A DNA stretch of 52,265 nt from Proteromonas lacertae (lineage: Eukaryota), in NCBI GenBank assembly GCA_002245135.1, contig NGBS01000041.1:1-52265 (forward strand), read 5' to 3'. The first letter of the stretch is position 1, and every line of letters starts with the position of its first letter. The notes beneath the pieces are model-generated. The model did not search any database. It saw nothing but the letters and a program-made list of their open reading frames with translations, and was not told where the DNA came from. Both the position numbers and the translations under genes were made by a program. Below, piece by piece: positions 13,156 to 25,711 of the stretch.

Positions 13156-16100
13156 CTAACCCATCCTTGATGTTGAAGTATGTCTTCCAGACATTTGAGA
13201 TGATGATCTCATCATCGAATTACTAACACCAACTTCATAAAACAAATCAGGCATAGATATAGTGCATATACCAATATTTCCACAAACAAATACATCAGGT
13301 TTTACAGAAAACCTTCCTCTCGTAGCTCCTTTCCTTGCTAAACTTCTTGATCTCTTTGAATTGGCTGCTGATGATAGGCTTGAAGATCCACCAAATGTTG
13401 TACTTGCTTGAACTACATTCACCCATAAGTATGTTAACTTTGATGCAAATTGTAAAATTAAAGTTGCAAATGATCCTAATTCTACACCTAAACCTCTTAA
13501 CATTAATAATGTATCAGGTTGTTTCTCCATTAATACATTCAATGGAATTTCCAATATACCTAAAATAATCATCAACACAATTGTGGATGCTAAACTGATT
13601 GATTCATTAAACTCTGATGATGCTTTTCTTGTATCCCAAGCTAATTTAGCTCCCCATAAAAATAGTAATACAACTCCAACAATTTCAATATAAGTGAATA
13701 TATCATTGGCTGTGCATTCTCTAATGTAATAATCATCTAAATAATTGGAATAATCAACACTAAAAGTTTCAGTATATTCTGCTCTATCAACTAACCACCA
13801 AATCATCAAATATAATGCTTGAACTAATTCGATAATTGCTATAATTTTAACTAACATCATATTAGAAATTTTTACTCTTTGCAGATCTTTATTGTTGAAT
13901 AATTTATGAATTCTCCATGCTTTACAGAACAATATACTGAATAAGAAATCAACTGATAAAGCTAACCACCACACTCTCATTGCACAAACTACATCATTCG
14001 GATATAATGTAAATATCATACCACTAACACTTAGTAAAATCACACCTAAAAGTGTATAATACAAAAACAATGGTGAAGCACTTCTTATAACTTTAGCACT
14101 TTTATAAATATAGATTATTGCACCAACAGAAACTGCACAAATCATTACAACAATCATAAATACAATTACAGTCCATTGTAAAGCAGAGTTAAACTCATAT
14201 AGAACGATATTCTTACCTAAATTACAATCTTCATCACTCATATATGTCAATTTTGCATCAAATGAAGCAGCTCTTCCTTGATTTGGAAATACTTGAATAC
14301 GATTTGTTCCTGACATTCTAAATATGTAAATCTGTCTCTTTGCATGATTGTTATATTGCATTGTCATTGTACCACCTGGACCATCATAACTCACATATTT
14401 CATACTTAATCTTACATATCTATAATCAGGCCATTCATCATTAGAATCACCATTACTTTTAGCATATTCTACTGCAGCTTTCCATAAGTATATTGAACTG
14501 TAACTTGTTTCTAATATTTCACCTAATGTAATTGCATTCTGATATATCTGTTGAACTGATGTTGAAAATGCTCCAGCAGTTGTACTTTTTATCACAGCAT
14601 TATAACTTGAAACAATATATGAACCAGATAAAGATTCAATGTTTGATGAAGATACATCATGAGCATCATAATTCAACAAGAATAATGTTATTGAATCTCT
14701 ATTTATGGTAGTAGCAGAGAAGTATTCTGTTAAGAATTTCTCTTGTTCACCTCCAGCAAATAAATCAATTATTATAAATCTTTCAGCTTTAGAAAACATT
14801 TCTTCTAATACATTAATAATTGTTGATAATTCAACTGGATTATATGGTGAAAATAATTGTGATCCTAAGAAATTAAAACCTTTCTCTTTAGCTACCCTTT
14901 CTACTACTTCAGACATTATTACTGTTGAATTTTCACTATTGCCTATTACCATTAAATCTAATAATCCCATCGAATGTATATAATCTAATGTTGGTTCTGT
15001 CTTTTGATTGATTGTTAATCCTGTTGTAACAATATATGTACTACATACAAAACCATCATCTCTTCCTAAATAATCAAACAATACATTACTATTAATGGCT
15101 TCTAAATATCTTTCTGCTTCAGTTCTACATTTAGGTGACATACAACCAAATATCATTTTCAAATTCTCAGTGTCAGATATGATTGTTCTTAATTGGGAAT
15201 ATACTTTGGAAGACATTACAAAATAATGATCTGGAATTAATAATTTACCTAAAATACCATTTCCATCATTAATTTCATCAATTGCTATATTCTGAATCAA
15301 TAAATTATACTTCTCACTTTGAGTACCAATATCACTTTCATGAATAAATGCAACATGAATTGGATTATTGTTATGCATTGGACCAATTTTATTATTTGTA
15401 TTATCACCAGTATTACCATTATCCTGCAATTGTCTCCTTGTATTACTAAGTTCATTATTCCAATCACAAGTATATCCTCTCAAATCTCCTTCCCATTGAT
15501 TATACAGAATTGGCTCAATGTATGAAGTAGGCATCCAATTAATACTGATTACTCTATTGTTGATTTTACCACTATAAACTATTCTTTTCATGAAATTATT
15601 CTCTTTTAATTCAACTGATGTTGAGGGTGTATCTACATAATAATCATATAACAGTGCAAAAGTGGATATATCAAAACTATTAGCATCTGTTATGAGTGTT
15701 TTCCAATATTGCATTAAAGAATAGGCTGATTCATATTCTGATCTTATATATTTATTACTGCCAATATTAATGTGAATTTCTTCATTAAATATGGAAGATA
15801 AATATGGAACTGAAAAACTATTAGTTTCAGAATTACCAACTGATTCAAAATATGATCCAATTACTTCATTTCCATTCAAACATTCTGTATCTACTTCATA
15901 TAATATATTCTCATCAAACATCGTTGCTAAAACAACCCAATTTGGAGGAAGCATTCCAAATGAACATAAATCTTTATATAATGATATATATTTCTCTTTT
16001 GAATCTAATGTAGCTATTATATAACCACCACTATTAGCTATTGATAATCTTTGGATTTGTTGAGCATTTGAACTATCGTCATATAGAATATTACCCATCA

Positions 16101-19100
16101 ACAACAAATTCAAATTACCCATTCGAGATGATATAAATTCATTTACTGTTGTTGTTAAATTACTTGATGAATAGATAAGAACCATTGATGTTGCTTCTTC
16201 CATCGCTTTTCTAATTGCACTTTCAGCTATTTGAGATGGTAATAATTGAGCAGATATAACATGGGATGGACAAGTTATACTATAAGTATAACCACAGAAA
16301 AAGAAATATTCAGATCTTCCATTCATATAATTGGCTATATAATCATAATGATCAGGATTAACACCTCCAAATATATATTTTATTCCATCTGTATCAAATG
16401 CTTTCTTTAATTGAATAGCATAATTGTTTGGATCTGAAGCAATATCATACACTTTATAATTCAAATAATATCCTAATACTTTATCTTGATTATTCATATA
16501 GATAATAGCTGATAAAATTGCATCAAAAACTGAACTTTCACTTTCTCTTAATACTCCAGTAAATGATAAAATAATACCAATCACATATGTATTAACAACA
16601 ATACCATTTCCAATTGTAATATCATCAAAATTACATATTTTATAATCACCACCATTTAAATCATTACCAAATGCATCTGGAGTATGCATATATTGAGTAT
16701 AATGTAATAATTGATTCTCACCATTTTCATCTATATATGAATCTGAAATTGTTCTTGTTAAATAATTATTAACACCAAATTTCACTTCACCTTCTGGACT
16801 AGTAAACAATAAAGTATCCATTTTCTTTCTAACTATTTGTGGATCAAATGTCTTTGAATCTTCTACAGAATTTGCCCAAATTAAAACACTGGAATATAAA
16901 GCAGATGTAATATCAGTAACAGTGGTTGTTGCTTTATTTATTCTTGCATTCATCTTATCTGCAAATGCATCATTCTCTTCAAAATCATCACTTGATCTAT
17001 ATGCTTCAAACACTTCATAATTTCTATATTCTGATAGATAAATTGTACTGGTTGGTTCTATTACTATTAATCTGACTCTTGGCTCAGTTAAATTATAATA
17101 TGTCAAATTCTTTTCTATAAAATCAAAACCATCAAAGAAACCTCTGTAGATAATTGCAACATTTGTAACATTCTTATCATACCATTCTTTAATCTTATTT
17201 GCCACATTTTCATCAACACTACTAAAGTAAGTATTTGGCACTTTTGTTTCATCTAATAGTGTTTTGATATATTCACCACTATCTTCAAAATAACTATCAC
17301 CAGCTACAATTAATATTTCATTATATAATCTATTTCGAACTGCATTTATCAATGGTTTATCCAAAGATATATGATGACATGCAATCATAACATTTTCATT
17401 ACAATAACCTAGATTTTGTTGGAAGAAATGGAATAACATAACATTATTTTCCTTCAATAAATTTTGAACAGAATTTCTACATAGTTCATTTCCTACGAAG
17501 AATATAGCTGGTGGTTTATAATTATTCACATAATTTGTTAATAAACTAACACATTCATCTAGATTTGATTGTGTATCAGTAATTTCTGCTTTAATATAAT
17601 AACCATTAACACCACCTTTATTATTGTTTAAATCATTCACAGCTAATTTAAAAGCATCAACAGAACCTAATGCAGCTTCAGATAATACCCCAGTGATTGA
17701 AGCAGTTAAAGATAGTCTAACAGCATTAACTTTATTCCTTTCTTGTTCAACACCTGGAGACCAATTACACTTTATTCCATAATTATCAACAATATTCCAA
17801 TTCCAAGCCATTGGAGCTTGAAGATTATAATTTGATGATGCTATGGTTATATCAGTGCCATCAGCGTTATATCTTGCTATAAACATGGGTAAATAAGGAT
17901 AATGGGTTTCACTTTGTTGTATTTTACCAGTTCCATCTGTAATTTCAGTAGTCATTAATTGTGTTCGAATAACTGGAATATTTAACTCACCTACATCTTC
18001 TGCAGCTTGTGCAAAGAATTTTACAGCACCATAAGCAGCATTAGTACCTGAAGTTGGTTTTGTAATATCTGTATAATCAGAGGATGCACTTTTAAAATCA
18101 GTATTAGCTGTTGAAGTAATATCATAAAAGTAACTACTCAATATATAAACATTAGCTCTTAAATTTGCATCAAATATTTCATAATGTTCAATTTCAGATA
18201 ATACATCAACGATTGGATAGTGTGTTGGATCAATTCCTAAATTATTATAAGTTCTTAAAAATGTCTGTAAATCCTGTTGATCATCAATAGCAATCACAAT
18301 AACTCCACCTGTAGGTAAATCATTTTTTGTAATGGAGACTAATAAATCTGTGCTTACAGCAACAGCATCATTAACTTCAATATTATTCTTTACAACAAAT
18401 AAACCACTTGCTTCATATTCAATCATTTCTGCTAATAAACGTGAATCATCAGCTTGAGTTCTAACTAATACCAAATTCTTATCAACTGATAGTGTAATTA
18501 AATATTCCAATACCTGTGCAACATATTGATTTGGAGCTGGACCAATGTAGTAAGTATATTTATCACATTGTTCACCAACAGATTTTCTTGGATAGAAATA
18601 AATAGCATCATATGGTTTAGCATATGGTTCTAATATATCTCTACAATCAGTATCATAACATCCAATAACGACAGATACTAAAGGATCAGAGAATAAATCT
18701 TCAGCTAATCCATCAATTAATGAAGCATCAGATGCATAATCCTTAATGACTGCTACAGGGATTAATCCAACTATTCCTCCTTGATCTAAGATCTGTTCTA
18801 ACGCCATTACAGCACCATAAATCACAGGTCTATGAACTTCAGCTAATGAACCAGTAGTGGAGAAAAATAAACCAATTTTGACAACTGTCGATGGAATTAA
18901 TTGGAAGTTTTCAGCATCACATTTCTTCATATTAATAGCTTCACGATAAATTGAAAAGAATGGATAATTCTTTACATTTGTACTTGATTGATATACTGTA
19001 GCTGCATTAACATTACCATCATCACTCTCAACTCCTTGCTGAATTAAGATTGGATTAGAAATATGATTATTTGTAGCAAATATAATTTTACCAATTGGAG

Positions 19101-21346
19101 TAACAGTTGTGGTTGTATAGAAATATTTTCTTAATAAAGTAACATTGTTTTCACTCTTTGCTAATTTCATTAAATTTTCAGCAACTAATCCCATAGAATA
19201 ACCTCTTGCTATTTCACCAGTAAAAATATCCAAATAAGTAAACTTCCTTTTTATTTCTTCAATAGATGAATCGATGATTCTTTTAACCTCAGTATCTTTA
19301 GCTAAAAAATCAAAAGTAAACATCGCATAATGACCTTTCATAGCAGTTCCAAGATCTGAAAACTGTTTATAATTCAAATTTTTACTAAGTGTTGGATAAT
19401 CTTCACTAGACATTCCTGCATCTTTCATTTGATTCAGTAACAATTTAGCAGATTCACCTTCTAATACAGAGAAAATCAAAGCTCCATCTGGTGCAGCTAT
19501 TTTAATAATATCAACAATAGATGACATATCATCATTTTCAGGTGGAACAGTGAATGTATAATCAAAAGAAACAGAATATTGACTTAATTCGTTTGAAATA
19601 ATTTGTGAGAATTTAGTGGCATAATCAGATGTAGTATACACTAATATTAATTGACCTTTAGAATGACTGATCAACCAAGGGTATAAGATATAGAATGTAT
19701 AAGATGGAAAACCAAAATATAGACTATTATATTGACATTCATCACCTTCATAATCTCTTAAATAGAATAACAATGCATTTACTTCCATTGCAACTTTACT
19801 CAAAGCTTTTCTGATTGGAGTAGTTGAAGCAACAAAGAATAAATTAATATCTAAATCCTTATTCACTTCTCTCATCTTTTTAGCTGCATATTGTGGATCA
19901 TTACCATCAGTCATCACATGCATTAATATCTTCTTACCTAAAATACCATCATGATTTTGGTTTATTTCAGTAAAAACAGTAAACATTGAAGCTAAAAACT
20001 GTATTCCTTCCTCTAATTGATAAACCATCTTTGGTAAGAAAATACCAATAAAAAAGGATGGTTTTATTAAGCCTTCCCCTTCATTATCTTTCCAATTACA
20101 ATACTTATATTCATCAAGATTTAATTTCAAATGATAAGTATCTGTTGACCAAGCTTGAGTCACAGGAGTTAAGTATTTCAAACTTCCATCTTCTAATATT
20201 TCACCAATTGATAAACTATCAATCATATGATTTCCACTATCTATACTAAATGTCCCTAAAGTTGTTTCTATTGTTGTTTTATATATTTGATTCTTAATTT
20301 CCTCAATTTGTGTTGTAGAAGCATCATTCAATACTTGAAGTATAAAAGTAGTTGAAACAACATTCAAAACATCATACAAATTAGGATAATAATCGCTTCC
20401 ACCAACATAATGAGCATTTTCTAAAAATTTAGTCGTCAATTCAGATTTATCATCAATAAAAGGAGTACCAACTCTTACTCCAACTCCATAACCTTTAGTA
20501 TATTGTATATGCGTATCATCAAATAAATACACTTCATATTCATCCATACAGGCTCTTCCTTCTAAATTATTGATTTTACACACCTTTTCATCGAATTTCT
20601 GTAAGAAATAATTAACTGCTTCATGTTGAAGTAAGACTATGATATTCTTTGACAAATCCAATCTATTTCTAATCTCTATAATTTTATCATTTATATCTTT
20701 CTCATAATTATCTTCATTTATTGGTGCTTTATATACAATTGAAGAACCTAAACCATCAAATATCGATTCTAACAATGTAACACGAGATTTATAATATTCA
20801 TTATCATTATATATCAATAATGGTGTAGCTATTTTATAATATAACAAACGCATTGAAAGTGGGAAGATTTCTTGATAAGGTGATAATGAAGTATACATTC
20901 TATATAATAATAATAAAAATAAAATAGATTAATTTATACATATTCTTAATACATTCACCTCCTGGATTAATTCCTGTATAAAACAATATAGAATCAATTG
21001 AGTTTAATGAACTTGCCATATCGGATTTAACTTTCGCATTACATCCACCAATTAATAATTCAAACCCTCTAACTTTCAGATTTACTACTAAACCAGCAGC
21101 TTTATCTGAATTAGCAGGACAATCATATAATTCATATCTTATTAAAGTTCTTTTTATACCTCCTTCACTATTATACTTTTCAATTTCTCCTACACTTTGT
21201 TGATAATCAAAAAAAGATCGGAACTTTGTAATATCATTCAAATTCAATATAAATGCAATACCTATGTAAGGAGTTTCTTGTTTAATTTTTGGGGGAGTAA
21301 GTGAATAATCTGAAGTTAAGAATTGATCATTATGCAACTATATAAA

Positions 21347-21385
<39 letters not shown>

Positions 21386-24300
21386 CTTCACTATAATATG
21401 GCATTGCTGTAATAGGCACATCTAAATGAGCAACAATTGGTTGGTCATATTGTTCATATAACAACAAATACGGATATACATTAATATAATTCGAAGAAGC
21501 AATAGATAAAGTACCAACAGGACAGTCAACAGTGTTTTGATAAAAGAATGATTTAATTACAGAAGGTGATCTATCAGGAGATGCAGTCAAAGCAGCTTTC
21601 ATGAATAAAAATGAATTATACAATGCCATACTAGCATCATCTAGCAATTCTAATGGATCTCCTTTATATGTCTTAACTGTATTAACTAAAGCAGAATTCA
21701 ATAGATTAGTAATCAATGGAGAATATGAACCATAGAAATACTTATCATAAAACACTGAAATATCTTCAGCGTTCAAATAAACTCGAATTGTTAAGTCCAT
21801 TATTACTACAGGATGTAATTCTTTAGTAAAACCTAATCGTTTATATTCAGTCAAAAAATCTTCAGTTTCTAAGTCAATGAATAGAATAAAGAAAGAATAT
21901 TTGGTTTTATCTACAGTAACATTTAAGAATTCAGTATAATTGTTATATTCATGAACATCAATTGATTTTATTGGTTTTTTTGATATAAATTTTGTAAATG
22001 CTTGAAAATATTTAAACATATTGTTCGTTATTCTATTCAATAATAAATATATGATATATTTATACACTGTAGAACTATCATATAAAACATAATAATCCAA
22101 AGTTCTGCCAATAAAATAATTAAATGGAATAGTAAAGAGTTGATTACTTACTGCATTCATTATGATGATATTTGGATAATCAATTTCACCACCACTGATG
22201 AAGATGGAGAATAACAGTTTCTCATATTTCACTAACAAATCACTTATTGCCATTCTTTCATCTTCATCAACTGTTCCTGCTAAGAATAAAACATCTTCAT
22301 CTTCCAACATTGGGATTATTTGTACAGCTAAATCAGATGCATTATTTGCGATCCAGGAAATTGTATATGGATCAAATGTCCTACCATTAATTCCTCCTTC
22401 TAAATTGATTAATTCTAAAATCAATTGGAATGTATCAACAGTTACTAAATCAATTTTTAAATTCAAATTGAAAACTAAACCAACTTTGAAAGTTGGCATT
22501 TCACTTTCTACCATCTCATTTCCTACAAAATTACATATTTTATAAGTTTCTTTGTATGGTAATGACTCAGCTACAAATGTTGGTTTATATACAATATCAT
22601 ATGCTTTTCCTTCACCATCAAGCTATAGAAATAAATAAAAAATATAATATAATATAATATATACTCTAAATATTTGTATTTCACCTCTTGCTAAACCATT
22701 TGAATATATTTCATATCTTCCATACGCTTTATTTTCTAATGCTGTGTGATACATATATTCTCTATATAGCGAAGGAGCAGTAGAAGATGATGATAATATC
22801 GAATCACTCAATAATTGCATTATATTATATACATATGCCATTGTTGAAACAATAGATACATTATATCCAGCTAATTCAGTTAAACTATTTCTATATTCTA
22901 ATATATCATCAGTTGTAGGTTCCATTTCATTACTGCTGTGATCCATAAACATAACATCTTCACAGTATTGAACACCAGTATCATGTACAGTCAATTGATC
23001 TAAATTGAAGTTAACAACATCATATCCATTTGATTTAGTCACATTTTTCCTATACATTGCTTTCATTAAAGATGGTAAATAATCAGATTCTGCTGTGATT
23101 ATTATAATTGTTTTATTTCTATCATCATATTTTATTAGTAATTCAGAGGCTGTTCTATTTGCTTCAATCTCTGTATCATTGTTTATATTATCTTCGACAA
23201 TTATACTTCCATCTATTTTCTGTTCAATGAAATAATTTTTGATTAAAGTTCTTGTATTACCACCAAATCTATTGTAATAAATAAATAAAATGTAAAATAT
23301 TATACTGTTGTTTACTACCTATTAAAGCAATTGAATCATAACTGTTTCTACGAATATATCTGAATAATTCTTTAATATATAAAGTATTTACAAAATTTCC
23401 CTATTAAATATATATATATATATATATACGAATATAATATCAGATTTACAAGTTCCAGCTTCAGTTGGGCCAACATAGAATATTTCAGTGTCATATACAC
23501 GTAAACCATCATAAAAGAAAACTCGATCTTCTTCACTTGTAAATAGAAATATTGTTTTAGCTTCATTCTTATCAAATAATACTTTTATTTCTTCTAATAA
23601 TACTTCTCTTCCTCTTTGAATATTCATTAAAACGGGGAATAAAGTTTTCCCTAATAATGGCTTTTTCTCATTAAAATCATCTAATAAAAGAGCAGCGAAT
23701 TCAGTAATCACTTTTGATATGTATAGTTTCATATCTTGAATGAATATAATAGGTAAATAATCTATCACAGTTTCTCCATCTTCTATATTGATTGTAAAAT
23801 CACATGACTTTTCAACCATTTGTCCTTTCATTCCTAATGGTTCTAACGTCAAATCAGCAGCTATTTTATATGAATATGTCAATGTTTTACTTCCACTTTC
23901 TTTTCCTATATAAACAGTAGAAGTCATGAAATGATTAGCTAAAATTGCTAAATCTCCACCTGGTTTTTGAAAAAGAGTACCATATAAATACGTTAATAAT
24001 GTAGTGATTTTATTACTTGGAATATTCTCAGATACATAAGCTAACATATCAATTAAAGCAACACCAACTGCAGCTTGAGATTTGGATGGACTAGGACTAC
24101 TTGTTGTTATATAATCAGTGTAAAATGTCTTAAATTCTTTGGTTTTATTATCATCTAAATCATCATTATAAGATGTCAAGAATAAACTTCCTTTATTATC
24201 TGCAGCTATATAATTTGCATCAGCAACTAGTTCTTCATATGTTATTCCTCCTTCAAATAACAACAATGGACTTTTTTCACTATCGATTGGCTTTGCTTTT

Positions 24301-24971
24301 CTTTTAGCTACAAGTGCATTGTAATCTGTTGCCTTTGTTAGTAGTACTAATGTCACAACATTGTCTTCTGTAGCAGTGATGTTAGTTATATAACTATCCC
24401 AATCATCTGAAGTGAATGTGTCTTTGTCATGTAAATCAAATACAATTTCTGCACTATATAAATCTGCTAAATATTTTATTCTTTCATAATAGAACGGAGA
24501 ATATTTTGTTGATGCATTATCAAGTATAACTGCTAATTTACTTGCATAGTTCGATGTTACTACAAAAAAGCTTTGCTCAACAGAAGGTACTACAGAAATT
24601 CCATTTAATACATTCTTCTTACAGCTACCTTCTGCAAATTGATCACTACACCACGTAAGGACGTTATTGGCAGTTAAAAGTTTTACTAAATCATCATTCA
24701 AAAATGTATCACATCTACCATACGCTAAAACAAGCTCAGTATCTGCTATAGCATCCAAAAAAGTCTGATCGGTTAAATCTGAGCATACCAACTCTTTGAA
24801 ATCTATATCATTATTCAAATCTTGGTTTACTATATCTATATATTTCAGAAGTATTTTCAAATCTTCATCACCAGCAGTCTTAGTTAAGTAGCCAAATTTG
24901 AGAGAGTTTACACGCACGGATAAGAAAAAAACTATAATACATACTATACGAAAGTGCAAAAGATGATTCAT
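13156..24971 (-). CDS. Giant class C (7tm_3) GPCR-like receptor with signal peptide and nine tandem UrtA/AmiC-like type I periplasmic-binding (Venus flytrap) domains; ~3,861 aa, 6 introns
   Basis: Removing introns 23401-23429, 23269-23305, 22623-22664, 22033-22065, 21338-21386 and 20900-20939 (all GT..AG, 230 nt total) joins five listed ORFs into one 11,586-nt frame. The 7TM region ~13420-14190 has class C motifs (VIRSASPLF, FCKAWRIHKLF, TRKASSEFNES). Confidence 0.88.
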
Positions 24972-25235
24972 TTTAATTGATAATAATTCGTTTTAATTTG
25001 GCCGTTACACAATCATTTTTGATTTGATTTATCTTAATATGTATGCTATATATATTTAATATCTCAGTACAATATAATACGCATGTTATAGATAGTTAAG
25101 GAACTTTTACTCAACAGAATCAAATAAACTACATCTCAACTATGTCAGTAGTAATAAGGAGAAAAAAACATCTAACAAACATGCAATATTACTCATAAAT
25201 AAATATAATTATTCATAATCTTATCTAAACAGGTA

Positions 25236-25629
25236 TTATCCATGTTGATATATTAAGAAACCAATATTTGATATAAAAAATTGAAGAATTCTATAATAAT
25301 AATAACAATAATAAGTTTAAATACTTTGAAACTTCGTTTGTGACTGATGTACCATATGATTCTCCCACAATTACATGCCATGTTCCAGTATAAGTCTTAT
25401 CGAAATATTCTTTCAAAAACTTAGCTAATTGCCAATAATGTTGATACTCTCCTTTAATTAATGTAGCTACAGCGGTTGAAGCTTGGGCTACCGCATCATC
25501 TCTCATAGCATCTGTCACTTCAGAGTAAATTACACTGACTGCTCCTACTTTGATTTGTTTCTTCTTAGTTGGACTTCCAGCTGCAGATGCAGTTGCTGGT
25601 GGTGGGGCTGTAGGTGCTGCTGTGGACAT
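25236..25629 (-). CDS. Dynein light chain, LC8/DLC type 1 family
   Basis: LAKFLKEYFDKTYTGTWHVIVGESYGTSVTNE. An intron at ~25291-25324 is followed by exon ILQFFISNIGFLIYQHG*. Confidence 0.88.
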
Positions 25630-25711
25630 TATTATATATTATTATATGAAATAAGCAATAAAAAACAATTAATTTATATTTAAAACGACTATGGCTTGAA
25701 TAAGTTTGACA

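Noticed and set aside
13156..24971. Bacterial contamination or an urt ABC-transporter operon
   Set aside because: The gene has spliceosomal introns, is fused to a class C 7TM, has no permease or ATPase partners, and matches its eukaryotic neighbours in composition.
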